Source of the DNA: an uncultured Pseudomonadota bacterium
GTDB taxonomy: Bacteria > Pseudomonadota > Alphaproteobacteria > Rs-D84
Length of the DNA stretch: 64,000 bases
NCBI GenBank assembly: GCA_900321105.1
Contig: OOHL01000001.1
Coordinates: 121,617 to 185,616, forward strand
Direction: 5' to 3'
Shown: one piece after another, positions 17,981-28,081 of the stretch
How positions within the stretch are numbered: the stretch's first letter is position 1
Layout of the letters: the number at the start of each line of letters is the position of its first letter
Made by a program: the position numbers and the translations under genes
The notes under the pieces: model-generated
Database searches by the model: none
Told to the model about the DNA's origin: nothing
The model's input: the letters and a program-made list of their open reading frames with translations, nothing else

Positions 17981-18634
17981 ATGACAACTATCCTTGCAAG
18001 AAAGAAAAATCTTAAACCAGTCGAAAAGAAAACACGTGAAGAATACGCCGAAGATGCGCTTTATCGTGAAGTCTGGGAAGACGTGAACAATGAAAAAACC
18101 CAGGAATTTTTGAAAAAATATTGGCGTTATATTGTTGGGGCTGTTCTGGCAGTGATGATTGTTGTTTGCGGAATTCAAATTGGTGTTCGTATGTATAATT
18201 CATCACGTATGGCGCGTGCAGTTGTTTATGAAACAGCGCTTGCAAATGTGGATGCAAATGCGCTGGCTAATTTTGCAAAAGATACAAGTGGCGCAACATC
18301 AGATTTGGCTTTGTTCCAATCTTATTTAATCAGTAATGATATTACAAAATTGGAAGATTTGGCAAAGTCCGGACATACACGCGATTTCAAAGATTTAGCA
18401 AAATTGCATTTGGCTGCAATCAAGGGCGATGGTATGGAAACAGATGAATTTGTTAAATATATGTCATCTATGGATACAAAAAGTTCTCCTTTCTTTTATA
18501 CGTCACGTTTAATGGTTGCACAAAAATATTTGGCATCTGGTGATAAAGATTCGGCTGATAAAATATTGGATAAAATTATAAACGATAAAAATGCGCCTGC
18601 ATCAATTTCTGCAACCGCACAAACATTGAAATAA
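17981..18634 (+). CDS. YfgM-like membrane-anchored helical protein
   Basis: single TM after a charged N-terminus, then a helical repeat domain; lies directly upstream of the BamB-like gene, mirroring yfgM-bamB synteny. Confidence 0.4.
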   Translation: MTTILARKKNLKPVEKKTREEYAEDALYREVWEDVNNEKTQEFLKKYWRYIVGAVLAVMIVVCGIQIGVRMYNSSRMARAVVYETALANVDANALANFAKDTSGATSDLALFQSYLISNDITKLEDLAKSGHTRDFKDLAKLHLAAIKGDGMETDEFVKYMSSMDTKSSPFFYTSRLMVAQKYLASGDKDSADKILDKIINDKNAPASISATAQTLK

Positions 18635-18637
18635 AAA

Positions 18638-19369
18638 ATGAAAAAAACGATTGCTTTTTTGTTGTGTATGTTTGCAATATCTGCATGTTCAAAACGTGAC
18701 CCGATATTGCCTGGTGTACGCAGCGATATTTTTGACAGCAATGAGGTTATTGTTCAAAATAAAGATGTGCCGGATTTATCAGAATCAGTGACTAATATAT
18801 CTGGGGATACAAATTGCGAATACAGACAAGATGCCATGAATGTTATTTGGTTGGCTGATAAAAAAGTATGGTCTGGTTTTGCAACAAATACCGCGGTAAA
18901 AAGCAACCAATCGCCAATTTGTAATGGAAACTTTATTTATACCGGACTTTCAACTGGCGAAGTAATCAAAATAAACACAAATACAAAAAAGCCAATCTGG
19001 GTAAGCGATGTTTATCGTGCAAACAATTTAACAGGTGGGGCATCTGTTGTTGATATTGTTGCGCATGTCGGATTAGATGGCAGGTATGTTTATGCAGGCG
19101 GACTGGGGGATGCATTTTGTAAATTAAATGCTAATAACGGCAACATTGTTTGGTGTTTGAATATATCGGTGCCTGTTGATTTTATCATGGTTGATGATTT
19201 TATTTTTGTTGTGGGAACTGATAATAACCTGTATGCAATAAATAAAAATGATGGGGATGTTTATTGGAAAACAGAAATTAAAAAACAAGTTAAACCAATT
19301 TATGAAAAAAACATTATAACAGTCGGTAAACAGCAAATAAATTATAAAAACGGTGAAATAATAAAATAA
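18638..19369 (+). CDS. bamB: PQQ beta-propeller lipoprotein, BamB-like (short, 243 aa)
   Basis: lipobox FAISAC; repeated xYAxNxxDGxxxW propeller blades. Confidence 0.5.
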   Translation: MKKTIAFLLCMFAISACSKRDPILPGVRSDIFDSNEVIVQNKDVPDLSESVTNISGDTNCEYRQDAMNVIWLADKKVWSGFATNTAVKSNQSPICNGNFIYTGLSTGEVIKINTNTKKPIWVSDVYRANNLTGGASVVDIVAHVGLDGRYVYAGGLGDAFCKLNANNGNIVWCLNISVPVDFIMVDDFIFVVGTDNNLYAINKNDGDVYWKTEIKKQVKPIYEKNIITVGKQQINYKNGEIIK

Positions 19370-19370
19370 T

Positions 19371-19402
19371 AAAAAACACCGGTATGAACCGGTGTTTTTT
19401 TG
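19371..19402. terminator. bidirectional rho-independent terminator
   Basis: caccggt-atgaa-ccggtg hairpin followed by a T-run. Confidence 0.55.
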
Positions 19403-19413
19403 TTTGTATTTTT

Positions 19414-20019
19414 TTACCAAGTTGGTGCATCTTTGCCTTCCTTGATAATTGGTTGTTCATCTTCCCAAAGGGATAATCCTGTTTTCAAATCAGTCAATGT
19501 TAATTGCAAATAATATTCAACGCGTGTATCAACAGACGAAAACCATCCGGATTCCAATTTCAAATTTCTTTGCAACATTTTTCCAGACAGTGACATATTC
19601 GGTGCAACCAATGTTCCAGATTTTACGATTGTGTTTTGATCGTATTCATTATTGCTGCGCAGATTGCGAACAGTGTTTGATGTTGCATCTTCGCCTGAAA
19701 AGTTGGTTGCAATTTGAGCTGTTCCTGATTTCAACAATGTTGTCCGAATCTTTTTTGTTAATACATCGGTATCAAATCTTTGTGTTGTGTCGTTGACAAT
19801 ATTGCCAATTGCAATGACCGGTTTCTTTTCAGATTTTAATGCGCCACTGGCCAGCATGGATTCTGTCATTTTTTCGGCAGTGTTTGTCCAATCGCGATAT
19901 TCCAATTCCATAACATGTTGCATGGCGGCAACTTCGGCTTTGTCGGTTGTGTCAACAACACGCGTTCCACCACATGCGCATAATGCCAAACAAAGTGCCA
20001 CAGGTATCATTCTTTTCAT
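19414..20019 (-). CDS. lpoB: penicillin-binding protein activator LpoB-like lipoprotein
   Basis: lipobox LALCAC; size and conserved IAIGNIVNDT region. Confidence 0.5.
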   Translation of the reverse strand: MKRMIPVALCLALCACGGTRVVDTTDKAEVAAMQHVMELEYRDWTNTAEKMTESMLASGALKSEKKPVIAIGNIVNDTTQRFDTDVLTKKIRTTLLKSGTAQIATNFSGEDATSNTVRNLRSNNEYDQNTIVKSGTLVAPNMSLSGKMLQRNLKLESGWFSSVDTRVEYYLQLTLTDLKTGLSLWEDEQPIIKEGKDAPTW

Positions 20020-21212
20020 TTGTGTTCTCCTTTTTGTAATTTTATATTCTTGTTATCTATTATTTTTCCATTTATTTCACGATTGTAAATCAAATTATTT
20101 ACATTGTCGTTATTTTTATATCTTTCCACATAAATATATTTAGGCAATGTTGCCCATGTCCGAACGTCTGCATTTGAAGATGCAGCGGTATAAACAGATG
20201 ACATGATACCAAGCAGCGGGGCATAATCAGAACGAGAATTATAAAGCGTTGCCTGGGCAACCGTCTTTGAAACCGCAGATGCATATGAACGCAAAATTTC
20301 ATTTATTCTGTATTCGTTATATTCAGTCATAAACAGTGCATCAACATTTGCCAGCATTTCTGAATTTTGTGGGATTGTATAATTTGGCATTTGATATGCG
20401 TCTGCAAAAGTAAATTGAACAAGTCCGATATTAAATAAATAAATAGATGCATTTTCTTCGCGCAGACGTGGTGCAAAACCAGTTTCTATAAATTTCCAGG
20501 TCATGTTTGTTGGGCGAATTCTTTTTTGTGCCAATTCCAAATCTTGTTTAATGTATTTATTATCCGGCATCATACCATTGGCGCGCTTAAGGTATAAAAT
20601 TGCATTATCAAAATCGCCATCGTTTAAAAAGTATATTCCGGACAAGTACATCAAAGCAGGGTTCATAATATCGCGAAATGCCAACCAATCATTTGAATTT
20701 TTATCAATAAATTCTGCGATTTGTGAATCTTTGATAATTTCTTTTTTATTATTTTCAATTAACTTTTTATATTCAGACGACATATTTTTTTGTCGTTCAT
20801 ACGATTGATTTATAACAACACGCGCATTTGCAAAATCTTGCATTGCCAATAAATCCAATATCTGATAATAAGATACAAAAAGCGAATCCATCATATATGG
20901 TTTATATGAATTAACGCTTTGTCCAAATAATAACCCGGTTGCTTCGCGGGAAACAGATGACGATGTTTCAGATAAATTTCTTTTATTAAATTCTTCAAAT
21001 ATTTTATCGCTTTGTTCAAAATCGTTCGCATGGAAAAGGGCGGTTCCATTTATCAATAAATCCAGATTATTTTGTTCATCGATATTTTTATCTGTTGTTG
21101 TTTCAAAATTAGAATTTGCAAAATTGTTTTGAACATCATTCAAATGTGATTGCATTGTTGTTGCGCAACCACACAAGAAAAGATATGTCATAAAATAAAG
21201 AATCTTTCGCAT
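20016..21212 (-). CDS. hypothetical lipoprotein (398 aa)
   Basis: lipobox FLCGCA; its stop overlaps the lpoB start (ATGA). Confidence 0.45.
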   Translation of the reverse strand: MRKILYFMTYLFLCGCATTMQSHLNDVQNNFANSNFETTTDKNIDEQNNLDLLINGTALFHANDFEQSDKIFEEFNKRNLSETSSSVSREATGLLFGQSVNSYKPYMMDSLFVSYYQILDLLAMQDFANARVVINQSYERQKNMSSEYKKLIENNKKEIIKDSQIAEFIDKNSNDWLAFRDIMNPALMYLSGIYFLNDGDFDNAILYLKRANGMMPDNKYIKQDLELAQKRIRPTNMTWKFIETGFAPRLREENASIYLFNIGLVQFTFADAYQMPNYTIPQNSEMLANVDALFMTEYNEYRINEILRSYASAVSKTVAQATLYNSRSDYAPLLGIMSSVYTAASSNADVRTWATLPKYIYVERYKNNDNVNNLIYNREINGKIIDNKNIKLQKGEHK

Positions 21213-21227
21213 AAGTGTTATTATAAA

Positions 21228-23501
21228 TTAATTATGCAATGGTTCCAATACTTTTATTTCATTGGTGTTTGGATTCAAAACGCGTGGCACACCATCGTAT
21301 CCCATAATTGCATGATGCGATGGGATTAAAAATTCAGGTAATGGGGATGCTTCGCCCATCAAGACTTTTTCATGCAATTTCTTTTGAACAGGGGTTTTAT
21401 TAAGGAAATGGAATTCTTGGTCTGCTTCGATTGGACGATGATACCATCCTTGATAAATAACCAATTGTTTGCCTGGTTTTAATCTCATAATATCGTATTC
21501 GCTGTAAAGAGGTTCTTCTTTTGGTGTTTCGACTTCTTTGCCGTCTTTATCGGTTTCGACTTTCTTAGTCTTTTTCTGACCAATCATATCTGAAAATCTG
21601 CGTGCAGTATCCGGGTCGTTTTGACGCATAACAACTTTTGCCGCAGTTGTTGAAATAATTGTTGATGCGGCATCATTTCCATATTTTTCACTTATCTGGT
21701 GAATATCTTGACCGATGATTAAATAAGATACTTTTTGTCCGCGTCCCAAATCTGGTCCCTGAATAACAGCATCCAATTTTTGCATTTTTGGCATTTCATC
21801 CAAAACAAACAACACTGGACAAGGTCCCATTTTTACACCGTCAACAACCTGGTCCACATTGTGTGCCAATAAATAATTAGACATCAATTCAATGAATATC
21901 GCGGTTATTGGATTCAAAGCCTGGGCATCAACCATATTAATAGAAAGATATACCGTCACAGGTTTAATTTTTCCATCCCTTGGATCCATCATGCCACGCA
22001 TATCCTTGAAATGAAAATCAGAATGTGATGTTCTGTTTCTAACTGCAGCATTACGGAATATTGCCAGGCCTTCCATCATGGTGGAAAGAATTGATCCGCG
22101 TTCTTTATCAGGTGTATTTGCCAATTGCGTTAATTCAGAAACAGCACGATTTGCATACGCGTAACGGCGTGCTTCTTCAACCGCATCCAAAAGCAAATTT
22201 TTCATAGGATCTGCCATCATAACCATTTGATCGCCTTGCTTGCGACGTTCTTCCATTTCTTCGGCGATGGCAACCTGGGAAGATGTTAACCAATCAAGAA
22301 TCATGGAAAATGAAGCCTCGCGGCCACGCCATGAATCTGGGATGTGTGCCCATGTTCCAACATGGACATAATTGTTAATATTTAATTCGCCCTTATTCAA
22401 AATAGAATAGGCGGCATACGCGTTCGGATCGTTCATCATTGATAAATAATAGTCGCCCAACACAGCTGCATCGTCGCTGTTAAATGTCCCGTTGTTTATA
22501 CGTGCATAGAAATAGTCATCGGCGCGTGCGCGTTCAACCTTGGATACAATAAAGTTAATAAGTCCAGATAATCCGGCGCGACCAGTATTTGCCCAGTGCG
22601 GATCCGCAGTTGAAGATTTGCTGTCTGGGACCAAAACCTTGGCCATGGAATCGATATACAAATCACGTTGTTCTGGATTGTATGGAATATGGTCTGGCGA
22701 TAATGGATTCCAAGATGGATAATATATACCACGTGCTGGATCGTCCTGACCTGCCCAATTCATAATGAACACTGGTCCAATCGTTGAACGATAACCAGAT
22801 GTGTCTTGTTTTAATTCTGGTTTCGGGTCGTTAATAATCATTGAAACATTATCACAATCTAAAATTGTCGGTAAAACAACACCTTGGGTTTTACCGGTTC
22901 CTGGGGGTGCAACGCACAATGTTGATAACGCTTCATCCATCATAAGTGGTGTTTGTTTTCCTTTGTATTTGAAATAACCCAATACCATCATAAAACCATG
23001 GAAAAGACCTTCCTTGTTTTTGGGGTCTTGACCCATTTTTACGATATCTTCGGCGGTTGCCTTGCGCGCAGATTTTTCATCGTATTTATCTTTGCTGTGT
23101 GGATTGAATTCAGATTTAAATGTGGAATCGGCCAAGAAGTAATATCCCAAAATCGGTAATAATGGTGTAATTGATGCAAAATCTGGATGGTTTAATGTGC
23201 GAATTATCCAATAAGGAACTTCTGCAATTGCGGAAAGCCCAAACGTCATAAACAAATTTTTTATATAAATCAGTGTCCAATGTTCACTGGCCGGACCCCA
23301 TCCATATCGCCATATATGTTCAACCGCAAAAGACATACCAAACATTAATGCGCATATCAACCAAATACCAACATCCCAACGCAATTCCCAGAATTTGCGC
23401 GCCATTGGTGTTTGTTCGTGTTCCTTGTATGCGCTGGATTCAAAAATTTTTAATCCTTTGCCGGAACCACTGGATGATAAAATGTTGAACTTTATTGCCA
23501 T
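21228..23501 (-). CDS. virD4: type IV secretion coupling protein (VirD4/TraG family) with an N-terminal membrane extension
   Basis: Walker A VAPPGTGKTQGVVLPTIL; Walker B VLFVLDEMPKMQKL; N-terminal TM helices. Confidence 0.75.
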   Translation of the reverse strand: MAIKFNILSSSGSGKGLKIFESSAYKEHEQTPMARKFWELRWDVGIWLICALMFGMSFAVEHIWRYGWGPASEHWTLIYIKNLFMTFGLSAIAEVPYWIIRTLNHPDFASITPLLPILGYYFLADSTFKSEFNPHSKDKYDEKSARKATAEDIVKMGQDPKNKEGLFHGFMMVLGYFKYKGKQTPLMMDEALSTLCVAPPGTGKTQGVVLPTILDCDNVSMIINDPKPELKQDTSGYRSTIGPVFIMNWAGQDDPARGIYYPSWNPLSPDHIPYNPEQRDLYIDSMAKVLVPDSKSSTADPHWANTGRAGLSGLINFIVSKVERARADDYFYARINNGTFNSDDAAVLGDYYLSMMNDPNAYAAYSILNKGELNINNYVHVGTWAHIPDSWRGREASFSMILDWLTSSQVAIAEEMEERRKQGDQMVMMADPMKNLLLDAVEEARRYAYANRAVSELTQLANTPDKERGSILSTMMEGLAIFRNAAVRNRTSHSDFHFKDMRGMMDPRDGKIKPVTVYLSINMVDAQALNPITAIFIELMSNYLLAHNVDQVVDGVKMGPCPVLFVLDEMPKMQKLDAVIQGPDLGRGQKVSYLIIGQDIHQISEKYGNDAASTIISTTAAKVVMRQNDPDTARRFSDMIGQKKTKKVETDKDGKEVETPKEEPLYSEYDIMRLKPGKQLVIYQGWYHRPIEADQEFHFLNKTPVQKKLHEKVLMGEASPLPEFLIPSHHAIMGYDGVPRVLNPNTNEIKVLEPLHN

Positions 23502-23536
23502 GATTGTTATTATATCACAAAAAGAAGATTAAAAAA

Positions 23537-24196
23537 ATGCAAAATATACCAAGATTATATATAGATGAAATTTTAAATACCGGTAAAACAATCACGGCTG
23601 ATAAAGATATTGTTCATTATTTGCGCCGCGTTATGCGTACTGCCGCTTGTTTGGTCTTTAATGGTGGCGATGAATATGCCGCTGAATTATCCACGGACAA
23701 TAAAAATATTATTGTTGGTGAAAAAACATCACATATTGACCCAAGTAATAATTTAACACTTTACTTTGCGCCAATTAAAAAGATTGATGAACTGGTGAAT
23801 ATGGCAACACAAATGGGGGTTGGGACTTTTGTTCCGGTGATAACAAAACGCACGGTTGCAAATCATATAAATTGGACGCGTGTAAAAAAGATAATGATAG
23901 AGGCATCCGAACAATCAAATCGCAACAGTATTCCAAAATTGATGGAACCAATTAAATTTGATGAATTGGATTTGAATAATATGATTGTTGCAGATGAAAG
24001 ATTCGCACATAACAAACCAGATACGAAATCAAAAATTTCTGGGACACGTTTGTTGATTGGTCCAGAAGGTGGCTTTGCACCAGAAGAATTTGAAAAAATG
24101 GATAAATCAAATGTTTGCAGTGTTGCACTGGGTAAAACAATTTTGCGTGCAGAAACCGCGGCGATTGTTGCAATAGCAAAGGTATTAAATCAATGA
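23537..24196 (+). CDS. rsmE: 16S rRNA (uracil1498-N3)-methyltransferase
   Basis: LLIGPEGGFAPEEF motif. Confidence 0.75.
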   Translation: MQNIPRLYIDEILNTGKTITADKDIVHYLRRVMRTAACLVFNGGDEYAAELSTDNKNIIVGEKTSHIDPSNNLTLYFAPIKKIDELVNMATQMGVGTFVPVITKRTVANHINWTRVKKIMIEASEQSNRNSIPKLMEPIKFDELDLNNMIVADERFAHNKPDTKSKISGTRLLIGPEGGFAPEEFEKMDKSNVCSVALGKTILRAETAAIVAIAKVLNQ

Positions 24197-24891
24197 CGGT
24201 AAGGCTGGCTAAATTTATTGCTGACTGTGGGGTTGCATCACGTCGCGGTGCCGAAGATTTAATTGCGAAAGGCGCGGTATCTGTAAACGGTAATGTAATT
24301 GAAAGTCCTGTATTTTTCGTTGGTGATAATGACATCGTTTGTGTAAATGGTAAAAAGATAGATTTAAATAATGATATAAAATTATATGCGTTCCATAAAC
24401 CGATTAACACAATGACAACAAGTCGCGATCCAATGGGACGAAAGACTATATATGATGTATTGGATAAAAAATATAAAAATTTAAAATACATTGGTCGTCT
24501 TGATTATAAAACAACAGGATTGTTGTTATTAACAAACAATGGTGATTTTGCACGCAAAATGTCTTTGCCACAAAATCATATTGAACGAACATATATCGCA
24601 ACTGTTAATAAATATTCTGATAATGCATTAAATATAGCGCGCAAAGGTGTTTGTATTGATGGAATAAATTATCGCCCGATGAAGATAGAAAAAATTGATG
24701 AACATAATCTAAAGGTGACAGTTGTCGAAGGTAAAAAAAATGAAATCAGGATTGTTTTAAAACATATTGGTTCGCCGGTATGTTCTTTACATCGTATTTC
24801 GTATGGACCAATAAAGTTGGAAAAATTAGGTGTCGGAAAAATTTTAGAAATAGACAAGAAAACAGTTGACCTGATTTTGAAAAATTTCTAG
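24193..24891 (+). CDS. RsuA-family pseudouridine synthase (S4 domain plus catalytic domain)
   Basis: S4 motif ASRRGAEDLI; catalytic YIGRLDYKTTGLLLLTNNG. Confidence 0.75.
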   Translation: MTVRLAKFIADCGVASRRGAEDLIAKGAVSVNGNVIESPVFFVGDNDIVCVNGKKIDLNNDIKLYAFHKPINTMTTSRDPMGRKTIYDVLDKKYKNLKYIGRLDYKTTGLLLLTNNGDFARKMSLPQNHIERTYIATVNKYSDNALNIARKGVCIDGINYRPMKIEKIDEHNLKVTVVEGKKNEIRIVLKHIGSPVCSLHRISYGPIKLEKLGVGKILEIDKKTVDLILKNF

Positions 24892-24920
24892 AATCAAACT
24901 ATCAGGGAAGGGAGATTTTT

Positions 24921-25880
24921 ATGAAAAAAGTAAAAACCACAAAAAAAGTTAAAACAACAGCATCCGCAAAAAAGGCTGAAAGTGTTGCTACTTGCGCCAA
25001 TGTTTGGTCTTGGTCAATCTATGCATATTGGTTCATAATTTTGTTCTTTATTGCATCTACATTTTATATCTTGGGACGCAGTCACGAATTTATGCACCCA
25101 CAATCTAATGTAGTTGTCACCGAAGAAGCATTGGTTCAATCAGAAGATTATATTGCCGATGCAAAAGAACAATTGCTTGCCGGCGATATGGAAAGCGCAA
25201 TTGCAAGTTTAAATGCTGCAATTGATGCAAATGCGGCATCTAATACTTATACTTTGCGTGGCGAAGCATATATGCAAATGGGTGATTATCAAAATGCATT
25301 AAATGATTTTGATTCTGCATTACAAGTTGACGGAATGAATGCGGTTGCATTTTATGACAGATCTTTGTTGAATACGCGCCTTGAAAATTATGATGCGGCA
25401 TTGGCGGATATCAACAATGCGTTGGCTGCACAATCTATGAAACCAACAGATGTTTTGAATTTGCGTAATTTATACGCGAAACGCGGTCAATTGAATTTGT
25501 GGTTAAAGAATTGGCAGGGCGCAGTTGCCGATTATACAAATTCTTTGGCACGTGCCGAAGGCAGCGTTTCTGCAAATGTATATGCCGAACGTGCAGAAGC
25601 ATACACTGCATTGGGTGAATATGAAAATGCAATTAACGATTATACATCCGCAGTTCGCGTAATCAGTGAACAAATTCAGGCGGCGCCAAGTCAAGACGAA
25701 CGCGAAGCTCAATCCAGCAATGCGATGTCTTACTTTGAAAAATCTGCGGCTTTGAATTTGAATATCGGAAATACAGATGCGGCAAAAAGCGATTTGGAAT
25801 CTGCATTTGCCATCGCAGTCGCACTTAATGACGAAGAAAGTATGTCACGAATTCAAAACCTGTTAAGTGGTTTGAATTAA
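24921..25880 (+). CDS. TPR-repeat protein with an N-terminal TM anchor
   Basis: repeated AxxxYxxRGxAYxxxGxYxxAxxD TPR units. Confidence 0.5.
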   Translation: MKKVKTTKKVKTTASAKKAESVATCANVWSWSIYAYWFIILFFIASTFYILGRSHEFMHPQSNVVVTEEALVQSEDYIADAKEQLLAGDMESAIASLNAAIDANAASNTYTLRGEAYMQMGDYQNALNDFDSALQVDGMNAVAFYDRSLLNTRLENYDAALADINNALAAQSMKPTDVLNLRNLYAKRGQLNLWLKNWQGAVADYTNSLARAEGSVSANVYAERAEAYTALGEYENAINDYTSAVRVISEQIQAAPSQDEREAQSSNAMSYFEKSAALNLNIGNTDAAKSDLESAFAIAVALNDEESMSRIQNLLSGLN

Positions 25881-25892
25881 AGATAAAAATTA

Positions 25893-25923
25893 AAAAATCC
25901 GCCGAAACGGCGGATTTTTTTTG
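25893..25923 (+). terminator. rho-independent terminator
   Basis: atccgccg-aaa-cggcggat hairpin followed by a T-run. Confidence 0.55.
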
Positions 25924-25949
25924 ACTTTTATATTTAAAGGTATTACAAT
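25921..25949 (+). promoter_or_regulatory. candidate sigma-70 promoter for thrS (TTGACT, 17 nt, TACAAT)
   Basis: near-consensus -35 and -10 hexamers with 17-nt spacing, about 145 nt upstream of the thrS start. Confidence 0.35.
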
Positions 25950-26095
25950 AACAAGCATGATTTATAAATTATTCATTTTGACATTGACTACTACAACCCC
26001 TTTGGGGGTCTAGATTTCTATTTGCGCAAAAATATCGCGCGTATTATAATAAGCAAGCAATTAAAAATAAGAATATATAAAAAAGAAGGTAAATT

Positions 26096-27829
26096 ATGTC
26101 TTATCCAATAGAAACGGTTCGTCATTCACTGGCACACGTAATGGCGGCAGCAGTTCAAAAATTATACCCAGATGTTAAATTCGCAGGCGGTCCTGCAATT
26201 GAAAATGGTTTTTACTATGATTTCGATACAGAACATCGTTTCAGCGAAGAAGATTTCGCGGCAATTGAAAAAGAAATGAAGTCTTTGATTAAAAGTGATG
26301 GGCGTTTTGAAAGACGTGAAATATCACTGGATGAAGCCAAAGAAATATTTAAAGACCAACCATATAAAATGGAATGGTTAAATGAATACGATGCAAATGG
26401 CGAAGTGTTATCCATTTATACTTTCCGTGATTTTACAGACCTTTGCAAGGGACCTCATGTTGCATCCAGCAAAGATTTGCCACGTGATGGTTTTAAAATC
26501 CGTAATGTTGCCGGCGCTTATTGGAAGGGTGATTCAAAAAATAAAATGTTGCAACGTATTTATGTTGACGCATTTGAAAGTGCGGAAGCTCTTGAATCTT
26601 TCTTGAAAATGCAAGAAGAAGCCGCTGCACGTGATAATCGTAAATTGGGTAAAGATATGGATTTGTTCCATTTTGAACCTGAATTTGCACCTGGGGCGGT
26701 GTTCTGGCATGACAAGGGTTATCGTATTTATCGTAAATTAATTGAATACATTCGTGCGCGCCAAGAAAGGGCAGGTTATCAAGAAATTTCCACGCCTTCC
26801 GTTATGGATAGATGTTTGTGGGAAAAATCTGGACACTGGGCAAAATATGGTGCACACAACTATTCCGGTACAACCCAAGATGGTAAAGTTTTCTGTGTGA
26901 AACCTATGTCTTGTCCGGGTGGTATGTTGGTGTTCGGTAACGGTATGAAATCTTATAAAGATTTGCCGTTATATTTGGCTGAATTTGGTAAAGTTAATCG
27001 TTATGAAGCCGCTGGTGCTTTGGCGGGGCTGATGCGTGTTCGTGAATTTACCCAAGATGATGCGCATATTTTCTGCACAGAAGAACAATTGGAAAGCGAA
27101 GTGGTTAAAATCTTGCGCTTTATCAAAGATATTTATGGAAAATTCGGTTTTGAAAAAATCACAATGAAATTGGCAACGCGTCCATTATCTGAATTTCGTA
27201 TTGGTTCTGACGAAGTTTGGGATAAAGCCGAAGGTGCTTTGCAACATGCTTTGGATGTGAACGATATTGAATATGAAATTGCAGAACATGATGCTGCGTT
27301 CTATGGTCCAAAGATAGATATTTATCTGAAGGATTCTATGGGGCGTGTATGGCAGTGTGGTACAGTGCAACTCGATATGAATTTGCCAGAAAGATTTGAT
27401 TTGTCTTATGTCGGCGAAGATGGCGAAAAACATCGTCCAATTATGTTGCATCGTGCATTATTAGGTTCTATTGAAAGATTTATGGGGGTATTATTGGAAT
27501 CAACTGGTGGTAATTTGCCATTATGGTTGTCCCCAGAACCAGTTGTTGTTGTTCCTGTGTCCGAAAAATACAAAGACTATGCAAACGAAGTTGTCGAATC
27601 TTTGCACAACAACGGTGTAATTGCGCGTGCAGACTTGCGTGATGAAAAGGTTAATTACAAAGTTCGCGAATTGTCGTTATCTAAAACACCAATCATCGCG
27701 GTTGTTGGTGAAAAAGAAATGGCGGATAAATCTGTGACATTGCGTTATTTGGGTAAAGAAGGACAAGAAGTAAAACCATTGTCTGAATTTGTCGAATATA
27801 TGGAAAGCGCAGTTAAAATGCCATTATAA
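26096..27829 (+). CDS. thrS: threonine--tRNA ligase (577 aa; appears to lack the N-terminal TGS domain)
   Basis: HxxxH editing-domain motif RHSLAHVMAAAV; class II catalytic core; C-terminal anticodon-binding domain. Confidence 0.85.
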   Translation: MSYPIETVRHSLAHVMAAAVQKLYPDVKFAGGPAIENGFYYDFDTEHRFSEEDFAAIEKEMKSLIKSDGRFERREISLDEAKEIFKDQPYKMEWLNEYDANGEVLSIYTFRDFTDLCKGPHVASSKDLPRDGFKIRNVAGAYWKGDSKNKMLQRIYVDAFESAEALESFLKMQEEAAARDNRKLGKDMDLFHFEPEFAPGAVFWHDKGYRIYRKLIEYIRARQERAGYQEISTPSVMDRCLWEKSGHWAKYGAHNYSGTTQDGKVFCVKPMSCPGGMLVFGNGMKSYKDLPLYLAEFGKVNRYEAAGALAGLMRVREFTQDDAHIFCTEEQLESEVVKILRFIKDIYGKFGFEKITMKLATRPLSEFRIGSDEVWDKAEGALQHALDVNDIEYEIAEHDAAFYGPKIDIYLKDSMGRVWQCGTVQLDMNLPERFDLSYVGEDGEKHRPIMLHRALLGSIERFMGVLLESTGGNLPLWLSPEPVVVVPVSEKYKDYANEVVESLHNNGVIARADLRDEKVNYKVRELSLSKTPIIAVVGEKEMADKSVTLRYLGKEGQEVKPLSEFVEYMESAVKMPL

Positions 27830-27831
27830 AA

Positions 27832-27862
27832 ATATCGGGGCGAATTTTTTTGCCCCTTATAT
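27832..27862 (+). terminator. weak terminator-like hairpin (ggggc ... gcccc)
   Basis: 5-bp GC stem with a 10-nt loop followed by T/A-rich sequence. Confidence 0.3.
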
Positions 27863-27878
27863 ATAAAGGAAAGGAATA

Positions 27879-28019
27879 ATGAAGAAAATAGCAATTTTAT
27901 TGGCACTTTGTTCACTGGTTGTTTGTGTTGCAGGCTGTTGCAAATGCGAAAATGAACCAATTATTGAATCTAATCATAAACTGATTGTTCCGCCTAATTT
28001 TGGAGATATGCCAAAATAA
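27879..28019 (+). CDS. small lipoprotein (46 aa)
   Basis: AAGGAAAGGAA RBS; signal peptide plus lipobox VAGCCKC. Confidence 0.3.
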   Translation: MKKIAILLALCSLVVCVAGCCKCENEPIIESNHKLIVPPNFGDMPK

Positions 28020-28081
28020 TTTGGTTATGTGCTTTTTTTGTGATATAATATTCATATCATGAAAAAAAATAGGGGGATATT

